Origin: Takakia lepidozioides
Taxonomy: Eukaryota; Plantae; Bryophyta
Reading direction: 5' to 3'
Length of the DNA stretch: 64,000 nucleotides
Assembly (NCBI GenBank): GCA_030704615.1
Contig: CM060732.1
Span: 17,050,001 to 17,114,000, forward strand
Below the pieces are notes generated by a model. The model worked only from the letters and a program-made list of their open reading frames with translations. It did not search any database and was not told the DNA's origin. The translations under genes were made by a program, and so were the position numbers. Below, piece by piece: positions 1 through 11,219 of this stretch (the stretch's first letter is position 1; the number at the start of each line of letters is the position of its first letter).

Positions 1-323
1 GAGGGTGGAGGAGAAACGCACCTGCTGCTGAGCCCGAGGTGGTCGCAAGGCCCCAAGGAGTTTGCCCCAACGCCGCTCCAACGCCCAAGGTAAACACCGC
101 CTCCTCCCTCACTTTCTGTCTTTCTTTCTTGCCCTAAGCACGGGCTGATGTCTCTCTCCCCTGTGTGGTAGGAACGCCGCGCAGAGGCGTGACCTAACGA
201 GCTGAAGAGAGAGAGAGCCCTGGTGAGCGGGGCAGAGACGCCCTGCAGCGGCGGGGACCCGCGCCGCGACAGCACCGCAGCAACTCGCTTCAAGCACCAG
301 CAGCAGTAGAGGTACGTCAGGGA

Positions 324-781
324 AATTGCACTCTCCCTTTCCTCTCTGCTTCTGTTTACTGTTCAAAGGTAGTCTTCTTGCCCTGACTTTAAATTTAGGT
401 CTGGTGCCAAGAGCGGGATAGACCCTTGAGCGCATCCATGATATCATCCCCCATGTCACAGACTGGAAACAGGTTCAGAGAAGTTTTCTTCCTAACTTCA
501 TTTTCATCGAACAATTTTCTGATAACAGACATGGCTTTGGACACTACATTCTCTAAGTCAGGTTTATCCAGCAAGGTCAAGACTTGCGGGTCCAGATTCA
601 GATCCTTGAGAATCTCTTTTACTCTCTTCTCCCAGGGCTCACCCTGTTTGACAGGGCGGTCCTGTTTCCAAGATATAGAGTTGATTAACTTAGGATATCT
701 GGTGTTGGACATATGTTGCAGCTGAACCCACCATCTGACCTTGAATTTAGGGTGTCGAGAGCTTAAAAGAGAGCAGCACAG
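324..781 (-). mobile_element. Non-LTR (LINE) retrotransposon 3' fragment
   Basis: Highly similar to 7485-7905. That copy continues into a C-terminal Cys/His motif (C-PVC..EDSIHFLIHC) typical of the end of LINE ORF2. Confidence 0.6.
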
Positions 782-2533
782 AAGAGAGGGAAGATATACA
801 TGTCATGTCAAGACATGGACAAGACTGCTAAGGTCATTGTCATTGAAAGACAAAACAGCCCTTTACAGGGCACCATCTAACATTCTCTTTCATGTTTACA
901 ATCTCATTTGAATACCCAATTACATTTCAGGGTCTCTGAAAAAACAGGGCGGGAGGGTGGGATTCCAGGTCAATCATATCATGAAAGCACCAAAGTACAC
1001 ATCATCGTCTCAAGAATCCATTATAAACTCATTTCAAAAACCAGATTGCAGGTTTGGTTTGAAGATGATGTTTTAGAACCAAGATATAAGCAAGATTCTT
1101 AAAAAGGAAGAAGAAACATCAGTGTAGAGCCCCCTTAAGCATGTATAGGCCTAAAATGGTATTTTAAGGCCACATAAGGTGGTTCTGCCAAGGTGAAAGA
1201 GCAGCTCAGAAACCCCAGTTTGTTATCAAGCCATGAAACCAAAATGATATGAGGGCCTTGAAGAATGTGTGTTATCTATCAAAGCCTATCCTTTTGATCC
1301 ATCAGAGTCATACCAAGAGTTCTCATTTGCCAAGTGTCAAGGCAGTCATAGTAATAACTGCTTTTTTGTATCCTTGTATCCTTCATAGCTAAACTCCTAC
1401 ACATGCAAATGTGGTTGTAAAAAACCATAAACAGGGGTAAGGAGAGAAACAGATCCTCATTGGAGCAATCTTGGCGCAGGTCTGAAGTGGCATGGTGGTA
1501 GTTCGAAACAGCAGATGGCATCAGCAGCTTAGGCAGCGGCAGTATCTACACTTGCAAGAACGGGAACTGCAAGCTTCAAGAAATCAAGACAAGTGAAGAC
1601 CCTCACCTGTGCCCGTCCCAAAAACCACCACATAGCGATGTGTGTTAGTGAGGATGCAGCAGGTAAGTGGCAGGTCTTCACAGTTGCTATCCATGTCAGT
1701 GTTGAATTCTAAAGCAAGTACAGATCACAGTTCAAGCAATGGTAAACTCAAAAAAAACCTTGAGTGTTTGTGGTATGCCTTACACCATGGCTTCCAACAG
1801 ATTGTCTCCAACAGAACGCAGTCAGAGTAGAAGCGTTCACAGCTAGAGAGTGGCTCATACACAAAGAGAGAGCAACAAGTAATCTGTAGATAAATTGGGA
1901 TAGAGTACTTCCCAACAAGGAGTAAAAGCGTCGTTGCAAAATAAAGAACCATGAGTTCCTGATCAGAGCAATCACGGCTTTGTCGTCTGCCATAGAAGAA
2001 TCTGTTTAACCACCTCTGCGCATCCCAAGAGCCAGCAATCACGAGTACCATGTAGCAGCAGGGGAGCAGGTTTATACAGCGCATTATCAAAGTTCACTGA
2101 AGCACGATTTCAGTGCTTGAAGTGTGTCGGCCTGCTTAGGGCAAAACTGCCCGATTTTTCATCCAGGCTGGATGAAATATCACATTTTACCAAGATAGGC
2201 ATTTTGTCACTGGATGACATCCCATAGAGATGTATCTCTTAGGGTTATGGTATAGGTTTAGGTTTAATAACTACCATCATTTATGATGGTAGTTTTATTA
2301 TTCTCTTGGATTTTATAATAGGTAACCATTATTTATGTAGATCATCCAGTTTAGATGAAAAAAATAGATGGTAACTCTAGCTTTCTGTATATTAAATTTC
2401 ATCATCCAATAATAAAATCATCCAGATTTGGATGAAAAAAATTAGGGATGAAAAACTAAATAACCTCAAAAGTATAAGGCCAGATGAAATCCAAAGATTT
2501 ATAGAGGGAGAGGGAGAGAGGGAGTGAGAGGGA
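782..2533 (-). mobile_element. 5' leader of the Penelope-like family (non-coding, TCATCC-motif-rich at 2150-2490)
   Basis: 782-998 matches 6765-6981 (217 bp, 1 mismatch), which lies upstream of ORF1. A diverged inverted homologue is at 7906-10477. Confidence 0.55.
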
Positions 2534-2815
2534 CCCACCAGCCAAACCCCTGGCATGGCAGAACCTTACGGAGTAAGTGTGGTATGCACTCACCCCGTAA
2601 GGGAGTGCATACCAGACCTCTTCTCATAAGGTTTTCCCTCTTCCATGTAGTTCTATCCTCAGATAATATTTATCCAAAGGAGTAGAATCCTACATCCTCA
2701 CTTCCTCGGATCAAGAATGAAATGATGGCATAAAATGTATCATAGCAACACTAGTATAGTATCACTTAGAAAAGAATGTAGAGTTCAATGGTATAACTTA
2801 GCTCTGTATAGGTTT

Positions 2816-5329
2816 TTAGAAAGTACCTTTCAGTTCAATAAGCTCTTGTACAGGGAAGAGCAGGCCAGGGAATGAGCCACGTTCAAGGAATTTTGTCAAG
2901 ATACGAGCAAGTTTTCTGGTCTTGAAACCATTCCTCCCAAGAGTGTTAATCAGAATGCTACACTCCTTCCCAGCCAAATCAGCATTGCTGGAAATGTATA
3001 GAATAGGCACAGCTTGTGAAATCACAATGTTGTAAGATTGATTCACAGGCCTATTGGATAAGAACTGGATATATTGAGTGTAAGAGAAAGGAAGAAGTCT
3101 TCTCTTGTCATATTTCTGGAAATGGAACTCACATGTGTCACAGTTTGAGACTGTAATCTGGATATTCATGAAACAAGCTTCCAACCCCACGTATTGGGAA
3201 TCGTTTTTAGTGCGTAGTAGCTCAGGTTTGATCTCCACTACATTGAGTGGGTAGATCCACCAAGGGTTGTTGCTGCTCCTGTCTGCCCGTGGGTCCAGGA
3301 ATAGCATTGCATCACCCACATTTAGCCAACATATATCATCAATGTATCTGAAGGCAGATTTAAACATAGGCATAAGCTGGAATTGTCCTAAAGCTGCAAG
3401 CCTTAAGATGAATTTGATTTCATAAGAAAGGAAGTACATGTTGCACCATAATGGTGAGCATGAAAAACCCATAGGTATTCCAGAAATCTGATGCCACACA
3501 CGGTCCCCTAAGGCGACAAAACAGTGTGACATAAGCCATTTGTGGAGCATAAGTAGTTTGCCTTCAGAAAGTTCAATCCAGGTACCTGATTTTGGGGAAG
3601 ACGTGCCCCATCTACTTTTTCCGAAAGTACCGTTTTTGGCTGGAATCCATAGATTATGACGTGCTCGGGGGTGAGACCGATGGTGTTGCTGGAATGCAAT
3701 CTTCACCACGTATTCAATGGCGTCCCCTAAGTTATCCTGTCCTGTCAAAGGTATGTTCTCATAGCATTGTGTAATGTCAGCAACAAAGATGTTATGGACT
3801 TTTTCAGGCAGGTTTAGTGTAAAGTCAGTGATGGAATCAATAATCCAATACATAGCAGTAGATACTTTGAAAAATTGCTCATAAGTATCCAGCCTTGTCT
3901 TGGCCCATTCTTTTACCAGTGGTAGAAGATCCATGGTAGCCCTTGTAAGAAGGCTAGCAAGTTCATTGAAAACACATTTATGGGCATTGGTAATCCATCT
4001 GTATTTTTTCTTATGTAGCTTGTAGATTCCCATAATGTAAGGTAATCTACAGGATGGAGCAGGTATTTCCGGAATCAGACTCTGTATTTCCACGGAAATG
4101 TTTCCTAGAACAAGGTCAGGTGGCAGCCATACCTCAGCTTGCTTGCATGGTGTAAAGTCTTTACCCATCAATCTGTGGAAGGTTTGAGTTCTTATGTGCT
4201 TCACACACATAAAACATACGTTGTTGTTAGCCTTGTCAAGACCAGAAAAATACAGGTGATTGAGAAGCCATGAAAGTTCCTCTTTTGCCTCTTTTACAGT
4301 AAGAGGATTGCGCTCATGGTGAGTGAAATCGTATCTTCTTCTGCCGGCTTTTTGTTTCAATCTATCCCAGCATGTGTTTTTTACCCATTGGCTGCAGGAT
4401 GCTGCCCAGGCTTCACATGGGTCTATATGTAAAATTTCACAGGTTCTATGGAAAGCCAAAGACACTTGTTCAACAACGTCTTTCAGCAAAGTACGTTTGA
4501 GAGGGATGTGATTCATACCTAGGCTGAATAGTTCTTTCAGCCTTGCGTGTCTAATAATATTTAGGTCCATGGTACGTACGTGTTGCGTAGGTGTAGAACC
4601 AGATAGATGGAATTCTGTTTTTGTATCCGCATCCCGAAAATCATGAAACCTCTTGGCACTGTCACATAGACAATCTGGTGAATGAATCAAGTCTTGCATA
4701 AAGCAAAAATCACGGAAAACAGCAGCAGGCTGATAGTATACAGAGCTGCTTTGTTTATGATATGTCCATCCAAAGACTATCTCATCGCTGAGAATAGCCA
4801 AGTCATTTTGTCCAAATTCCAAAAAAGCCTCTTTTATCAAGTTCCTAGGGTTTATCCACTCCATACCATGGTTTGGGTACAACATATGAATGAATCCCAA
4901 GGGAGCAGGTTTTGCTGCCTTTTTTATGAATTTCCTGCCATGGGCATGAGTTTCAATTTGTCTACAACCATCCTCAAGATCAAACAACGCATCTGCACAT
5001 GCAAAGTAGAGGAACATACCAAAAATGAGATTTTTAAAGATCTGTCCATGATCCAAAATCTCGTTTGCGTATTGGGGAGAACTCATCAGTGATACGACGA
5101 GTCTTGTATGACTCTTGGTTGGCGATGTTGATGGTGGTACTGGAATTAGCACCCGAACCCCCAAGTGATGACCGATTCGTTGCTCTTGAATTCTCAGAGG
5201 TGTTGGTAGAGTATTGCCCCCTGCCAAAGCGTCCTCCTCTTTGGTAGAGACCTCTTCCACGACCAGGGGTACCTCTGCCTCGAGTGGCATTGTTCTTGCC
5301 TTGTTGAGGAGGCGTCTGCCCCTCCACAC
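2816..5329 (-). CDS. Reverse transcriptase, Penelope-like (Naiad/Chlamys-type); likely true start at Met ~5086
   Basis: Uninterrupted ORF with the motifs HVRTMDLNII, LDKANNN, IYKLHK..YRWI, ADITQCYENIP, GIPMGFSCSP..CNMY, FRYIDD and YDKRR. Confidence 0.85.
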   Translation of the reverse strand: MWRGRRLLNKARTMPLEAEVPLVVEEVSTKEEDALAGGNTLPTPLRIQEQRIGHHLGVRVLIPVPPSTSPTKSHTRLVVSLMSSPQYANEILDHGQIFKNLIFGMFLYFACADALFDLEDGCRQIETHAHGRKFIKKAAKPAPLGFIHMLYPNHGMEWINPRNLIKEAFLEFGQNDLAILSDEIVFGWTYHKQSSSVYYQPAAVFRDFCFMQDLIHSPDCLCDSAKRFHDFRDADTKTEFHLSGSTPTQHVRTMDLNIIRHARLKELFSLGMNHIPLKRTLLKDVVEQVSLAFHRTCEILHIDPCEAWAASCSQWVKNTCWDRLKQKAGRRRYDFTHHERNPLTVKEAKEELSWLLNHLYFSGLDKANNNVCFMCVKHIRTQTFHRLMGKDFTPCKQAEVWLPPDLVLGNISVEIQSLIPEIPAPSCRLPYIMGIYKLHKKKYRWITNAHKCVFNELASLLTRATMDLLPLVKEWAKTRLDTYEQFFKVSTAMYWIIDSITDFTLNLPEKVHNIFVADITQCYENIPLTGQDNLGDAIEYVVKIAFQQHHRSHPRARHNLWIPAKNGTFGKSRWGTSSPKSGTWIELSEGKLLMLHKWLMSHCFVALGDRVWHQISGIPMGFSCSPLWCNMYFLSYEIKFILRLAALGQFQLMPMFKSAFRYIDDICWLNVGDAMLFLDPRADRSSNNPWWIYPLNVVEIKPELLRTKNDSQYVGLEACFMNIQITVSNCDTCEFHFQKYDKRRLLPFSYTQYIQFLSNRPVNQSYNIVISQAVPILYISSNADLAGKECSILINTLGRNGFKTRKLARILTKFLERGSFPGLLFPVQELIELKGTF

Positions 5330-6569
5330 GCTGCCGTTTGTAGCTGTTGAATTGTGGCCTGGGAAGGCTGTCTGAAAAAGACCCAGGTTTCACAAGTTTC
5401 TCAATGTATCTGGCCCCCTTGGATTCTCCTAACTTCCCAAGCAACTTGGCTTGGGGGTCAATTGAGAATTCACAAGCTGCTTCCATTATGAAGCCCCGGG
5501 TCATCTGGAAGGTAATTTGTGCAAGAACGGCAGATCTGGCAGCCCGCATGATCCATACCAGAAAGCTGTAGTACTTGGTTTGCACCGAAGGATAGGCATC
5601 ATCAGGGAAGAACACAATCAGATTGTTCAGCATATACCATACCATATGGTCAAACCAAGCAACACTCCCAATGCAAGAAGAGGGTGCCCCTCCTTGTCCA
5701 CAGTTACATCTTATGTAGGGACGATGCCAGTTGAAGAGTTGACTCTTGTGATTTTTGGATCTAGCCGAACCAGTCGGCAAGTCATTTTTGGTCCTCAGTG
5801 TAAGGTTCTCACCTTTGTCACAGAGCTTGTAGTAGAAGGTCCTTAGTGGCCATGCCACAGCAATAGGTTCCTTTTTTATTCTCTGAAAACCATCCTTAGC
5901 ATCCTGTGCACACCTACTGCGTTCAGCAGGGGTTATGTTGCCCCATTTGACCCACATTTCAATAGAAATAGGTGCCAATAAATTGATATTAGCATGTGGG
6001 TGCCACATCATGTGATCGTTATTGGCAACCTCTAATTCAACTGCACGGGGAGGCAACCAAGGGACAAATTGCAGATTTCCAGGAGTGGCACCTGTAGCCC
6101 TTTCTTGTTCCACTTGTGAGATTTCTACTTGTTCACAGAATTCTCTCACTGCCTCTTTTTCTTCATCCGGTAGAATCATGTGCCCAAGGATTGGGTGATT
6201 ACTTACAGAAGGGATGAAGTCTTTTTCAGATGTGTTTGTAGATTTCTGCGTGGAGACAGTCTGGTCATCTTCTGGGTTCGCCATTCTAAGAGCTGCCTCA
6301 ATGGCTGATCCCTTCTTTTCCCATTGTATCAGCTCCTCGGCATCATCTTCCAGTACCTCAATCATTTTAGTATTGAATTCCTGGAGCTTCTCGAGGTACC
6401 TGCCATTCTTATTTGCCATGATGCCAAGTGCAACCCAATTTTCCAAAGCCAAAGTTTCAAGTAATAGCACGGGGTTTTCATCACCCGAATTTTCCATGGC
6501 CTCAGTTTCCATCTTTTGCAGTGCAGCATGGAAGTCACTTGGTGTGACTTGTGCAAGGGTTGCCTGCAC
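5034..6569 (-). CDS. ORF1 of the Penelope-like element (acidic helical N-terminus, RG/RGG-rich C-terminus)
   Basis: Intact 511-aa ORF that overlaps the RT ORF in another frame. The frame is open to 6656 and is preceded by a plausible splice acceptor (tgacag). Confidence 0.7.
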   Translation of the reverse strand: MQATLAQVTPSDFHAALQKMETEAMENSGDENPVLLLETLALENWVALGIMANKNGRYLEKLQEFNTKMIEVLEDDAEELIQWEKKGSAIEAALRMANPEDDQTVSTQKSTNTSEKDFIPSVSNHPILGHMILPDEEKEAVREFCEQVEISQVEQERATGATPGNLQFVPWLPPRAVELEVANNDHMMWHPHANINLLAPISIEMWVKWGNITPAERSRCAQDAKDGFQRIKKEPIAVAWPLRTFYYKLCDKGENLTLRTKNDLPTGSARSKNHKSQLFNWHRPYIRCNCGQGGAPSSCIGSVAWFDHMVWYMLNNLIVFFPDDAYPSVQTKYYSFLVWIMRAARSAVLAQITFQMTRGFIMEAACEFSIDPQAKLLGKLGESKGARYIEKLVKPGSFSDSLPRPQFNSYKRQRVEGQTPPQQGKNNATRGRGTPGRGRGLYQRGGRFGRGQYSTNTSENSRATNRSSLGGSGANSSTTINIANQESYKTRRITDEFSPIRKRDFGSWTDL

Positions 6570-7039
6570 AGCAGGAATTGGAGGAGGTAGTGGGGACTGA
6601 TACCCCAGGGCTATGAGGTCCTCATTCCAGCTAGGACCTCCTTTGGTGACTTTCTGTCAGAGCCCCCCGAGAACATTTGTTAATATAACAAAATGAGAAG
6701 GTGACAAGGAGAAAGGTAAGGGTAGATGGTGTGTACAAAAACCACTAAGTACACTGATCAAATAAAGAGAGGGAAGATATACATGTCATGTCAAGACATG
6801 GACAAGACTGCTAAGGTCATTGTCATTGAAAGACAAAACAGCCCTTTACAGGGCACCATCTAACATTCTCTTTCATGTTTACAATCTCATTTGAATACCC
6901 AATTACATTTCAGGGTCTCTGAAAAAACAGGGCAGGAGGGTGGGATTCCAGGTCAATCATATCATGAAAGCACCAAAGTACCCGAAATCCAAAGATTTAT
7001 AGAGGGAGAGGGAGAGAGGGAGTGAGAGGGAGACATCAG

Positions 7040-7150
7040 GGGGCAACAAAGAAAAGAAAAGAAGGTGTGGGGGGGGGAGTGACTGAGCAACTGATGTTGC
7101 TCAGTCACTCCCCCCCCCCCCCCACATTCTCTGTTTTTCTTTGTTGCTCC
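7040..7150. repeat. Inverted repeat with a perfect 15-bp core and flanking G/C tracts
   Basis: GAGTGACTGAGCAAC-tgat-GTTGCTCAGTCACTC at 7077-7110, extended by poly-G/poly-C and GCAACAAAGAAA/TTTCTTTGTTGC. Confidence 0.9.
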
Positions 7151-7154
7151 CTCT

Positions 7155-7905
7155 CTTGGGGAAACAAAAGGGACAGATCATACCTCTGTCAGGGGCTGAC
7201 GTTGGTAGTAAGACTTACCTTCACATATAGAATTAATCCGGGTTTTCCAGATATCCTCTACAAATCCCTTCACACAAGTATCAATCTGCTGTGTGTGAGA
7301 TGCCCAAAAACTAGGCCTCAGAAGGGGCTGGGCTTTTGGCTCAGCCTCGACTTTTTCAAAGTTAGTAAACAGAGGTACATGCACAATTCCCTTGATAGAT
7401 TTGAAGAGAGTGTCTCTTTGGTGAGAGAACCCCGGACAATGTATCAGAAAATGAATACTGTCTTCAGATTGCCCACACACGGGCAATTGCACTCTCCCTT
7501 TCCTCTCTGCTTCTGTTTGCTGTTCAAAGGTAGGCTTCATGCCCTGAGTTTAAATTTCAGTCTAGTGCCGAGAGTGGGTAGACCCTTGAGGTCATCCAAG
7601 ATGTCCTCCCCCATGTCACTGACTGGAAACAAGTTCAGGGAAGTTTTTTGCCTAACTTTATTTTCATTAGACAATCTCATGGCAACAGACATGGTTGGAC
7701 ACCACAGCCTCTAAGTCAGATTTATCCAGCAGGGTGAAGACTTGCGGTTCCAGGTCCAGGTCCTTGAGAATCTCTTCTACTGTCTTCTGCCAGGACTTAG
7801 CCTGTTTGACAGGTCGGTGGGCGGTCCTGTTTCCAAGATATAGAGTCAATTAACTTAGGATATCTGGTGTTGGACATATGCTGCAGCTGACCCCACCATC
7901 TGACC
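7155..7905 (-). mobile_element. Non-LTR (LINE) retrotransposon 3' fragment
   Basis: Frameshifted ORF ending in PVCGQSEDSIHFLIHC...IWKTR. Homologous to 324-781 and to ~12990-13065. Confidence 0.65.
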
Positions 7906-10477
7906 TCCCCCCCCCCCCCCCCCCAACCCATTTTTTTTCATTGTTGCCCCCTCTCTCCCTCTGTCTCCCTCCTCGGAATTGGCCGGTTGCATCAGTGTTC
8001 TTTTCATGATTTTCCATCTATACCAGATGGACTCTAAAAGGTGTTTTCACCCGACTTGTAAAGGTTTTCTATCCATACCGGAAGAATCACCTGGGTGGAC
8101 ACTAAAATACCTCTAAAAAGGACCTATAATTTTTCATTCCTCTTTTATTGACTTTCATCTATACCAGATGAGTCACCAGAGAATGAGGAATTACCTCCGT
8201 AGGGGTTGTGACACTGACATCCTATCTATAATTTTTCCATCCATGCCGGATGAAAAATACCAGGATTTGAATTCGTTTTATTCCTCCTTTATGCCTTTTT
8301 TTCCATACTGGATGAGGCTTTCTCTTAAGGGATGACGAATTACCTGTTAGGATGAGAAAACGCTGCCCTGGATGATGTATATTACTTTTTCATCCTGCTG
8401 ATGGACCTCATCCAAATAAATGAACCCATTTATTTTTTCATCTGGACCGGATGAAAAAAGCAGCTTATGATGGTCATGGAGAATTTTTTAATTACCCTTA
8501 ATTATTGCTAATTAAGGAGTGAAACCCTAACTCCTACCCTATAATCTACTGTTTAAACCTAGCTAACGGATGACATCCGTCGGGTTTTTGAGATAAAGGG
8601 TATTGATTATTCATCCTCCGGATGAAAAATCGGGCTCTGCCCTAGGGTGTCTCTCCCGCTGTCAGATGCACTCCGTGTGCTGCTGAGCTCGCGAGTTATG
8701 GCGTCTGAGCTCTGCTACGCTGTCTGCTGCTTCATGCCGGACGAGCTCCTGGGGATGCGCAATGGCGGCGTCTTGTCTCTTCTCACAGGCGGGAGAACCC
8801 GCTGTGATGACATCGTCCCTTTCCCTCCTCTGGCTTTTATGTTTCGCAGCGACGCTTGGGTGGGGAAGTATATCGCTCTCTCTCCCTTCTTAAACCTAGC
8901 ATTTGTATGCTTCTCTTCTCTAGGTGGCGTGTTGGTGGCGATGGCGCAGTGTTACCTTCCCCAATCGCTCAAGGTGCTTATTTAGGGTTCCTTTTACTTC
9001 ATATCTTTCTCTCTTGTTTTTGGGGTTCTTAGTTGACATCGATAATAAGTGTAGGGGTCTGTGATTCACCTGGGGTTCCACAATCCTCACTAACCCATTG
9101 GTTTTTGTGGGGGCTTGTGATGGGACCAGGTGAGGATCCCTACCTACTTTGAATTCTCTTGAGCTTGCAGATAAGGATGTGTGCAAAAGGAACATATTGC
9201 TGCTGCCTGCAGCCCCGATTTCGGCTCGCTTGCTCCCGGTTTGACATGATGATGCTTGCTTTTGACTTATCTTTTGTTGCTGCTGATGGAGCACTTCGGC
9301 TTGGCAGCCTTGTCTCATGCAGCACTGCATGTGAATCATACCTTGTCTTGAATCTTTGACAGCTTTGCCCGTGGATTTTTAGACTAGGTTTCCCTTTTTT
9401 TTTGGCCTGAAAAGAGGATTGATGGTGTAAGGGAAAGGTCATAAGTGGTTGTTTGGCTCTAAGGATGAGGAGACCTGAGTTTTGTTAAAGAGGACAGCCT
9501 GATAAGGCAATGACAGGCTGTTTTCAGACCTGGATTTGTTGTGGAATGGAGCATAGTGAGGTTCTATTTGCAAAACATGGCATTAGCCGGCTGTGAAACA
9601 GTGACGGTAAGCTCTAAAGGACTCTGGCCAATGATTATTTACTTTATTTTGCCATATGAATAGCCACCTGCATTGTATGATTTATCTTGGCCAAGTGGGC
9701 TTGGTCTTGGGCACTCAAAGTGTATGTGTGTCCAGATCTGGAAGCTTTGACAGGACAGGCCTTTCTTCCATGCCAAAACGCCTTACATGATGTATATTTT
9801 GGGGCAACTGTACATGATGAAGAATGAAGTCGCAGTCAGTCTTGTCATGCCCAAAGTGATCACTTGGTTGCATGTTTGGAGTCTGATTTACTGCAGGCTG
9901 GGCCAGCAAGAGTCCTATGTGCACATGTCCGGAATATATACAATGACAGGCTGTTCTTACATACCCAGAAGGCCTTGCACGATGCATGCTTTGGGGTGCT
10001 TACATTTGGCCAAATGTGAAGCTGCAATATGGCTTGCCATGCCCAAGAAGTGTACTTGGTGGCAGGCCTGAAGTGTAATTAATTGCAGGTTGGTCCTTCC
10101 TGCTGCCGGTGTGAACACTCCCTGAATGTGTTGTAGGGCAGACTGTTCTTACCTATTTTGCATAATGTTTGTCTTGGATCACCTCAAGGTACTTGTGTAT
10201 ACATATCTTGGATCTGTAATGTGGCAAGATGCTCCTACATGCCCATGATATCTTGCATGGTGCATATCTTATGGATAACCATGGATGATGTAATCTGAGG
10301 ATGCAATCTGACTTATATTGTGCAAGTGGGTCACTTGGGTATGTCAGGAATCTGATTATGAACATACCCCGCCCTCCCACCCTGTTTTATCATGACTGAA
10401 TGGGTGGCGTCACTTGGTGTGTTATGACAAGACTGGAAATGTTAGATGGTGCCCTGTCATGGGGCTGTTTATGTCCA
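7906..10477 (+). mobile_element. Diverged, inverted homologue of the Penelope-like leader
   Basis: Patches match the reverse complement of 782-2490: 8620-8644 vs 2137-2165, 10370-10388 vs 942-962, and 10437-10476 vs 849-887. Confidence 0.5.
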
Positions 10478-10573
10478 AGCCTTTGATAAGCGGAAGGATA
10501 GCAAGATGGCTAATTATATTGCATGAGTTTGAATTCGAAGTTGTTTACAATCCTGGACGTTTGCATCTTGTGG

Positions 10574-11211
10574 GGGTCTGTATTCTCCATGAGCAATGAG
10601 CAGACGAGCCATGACCATGAGCAGAGTTTTCAAACCTACACCGAAGCAAACCCGAAGCCAAATTCCAGGTTCGGAATAGGCTCGGGATATGAGCAAAGCT
10701 GAAAGACCAAAGTTATATTCCTAAATAGAAGGTGTACCACCTATACCCGCGCGGGCCAAACGGAAAATGTACAGCCGGAAGTTTGTGCCGACTTCTCATA
10801 TAATATAATATAATATAATATTTAAAATTCTGTGCCGACTTCTCAAAATATAATATAATATAATATAATAAAAAAACTGAAAATTAGGAAGTCGGAAGTC
10901 TGTGCCGACTTCTCAAATAATAATAATAATAATAATAATAATCTGGAAAATAGGCACCCGGAAGTCTGTGTGGACTTCTCAAAAAAAATGTACCAATGCC
11001 CAAATATGGGGAATTCCCGAACCTAGCTTTGCATCCGAACCTAACTTGATTGTTCTATGATGAGGGAAAATCGTGCACTTGTAACACTGAAAAACAGGTT
11101 CGGATGGTCGGAAACCTGGGAATATTCGTAGAAATATGCGAAAAAATATATTCTTTTTTGGGGTTTTGCTCGTGCTTTTTTGTGCTCACTGCTCATAGAA
11201 AAACAACCTCC
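10574..11211. mobile_element. MITE with ~30-bp imperfect TIRs and an 8-bp TSD (TCTTGTGG)
   Basis: TSD at 10566-10573 and 11212-11219. The empty site CATCTTGTGGCAGATCAC is seen in gypsy copy 2. Internal GAAGTCTGTGCCGACTTC repeats. Confidence 0.85.
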
Positions 11212-11219
11212 TCTTGTGG

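Larger units (their letters stand above)
2534..6983 (-). mobile_element. Penelope-like retroelement, 5'-truncated copy flanked by a 48-bp duplication
   Basis: Contains ORF1 and the RT ORF. 2486-2533 is identical to 6984-7031 (GAAATCCAAAGATTTATAGAGGGAGAGGGAGAGAGGGAGTGAGAGGGA). Confidence 0.75.

Noticed and set aside
2238-2268. Telomeric repeat
   Set aside because: Only a few degenerate TTAGGG/TTTAGG units.
2630-2665. Hammerhead ribozyme (CUGAGGA...GAAA on the - strand)
   Set aside because: No stem II pairing between the core motifs.
782-7031. DIRS/Ngaro element with split direct repeats
   Set aside because: No tyrosine recombinase or RNase H is present, the RT is Penelope-type, and the repeat order does not fit.
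2137-8644. hAT-like TIR element (TAGGGCA...TGCCCTA)
   Set aside because: There is no TSD (GGCCTGCT vs GGGTGTCT), and inverted homology continues outside the supposed ends.
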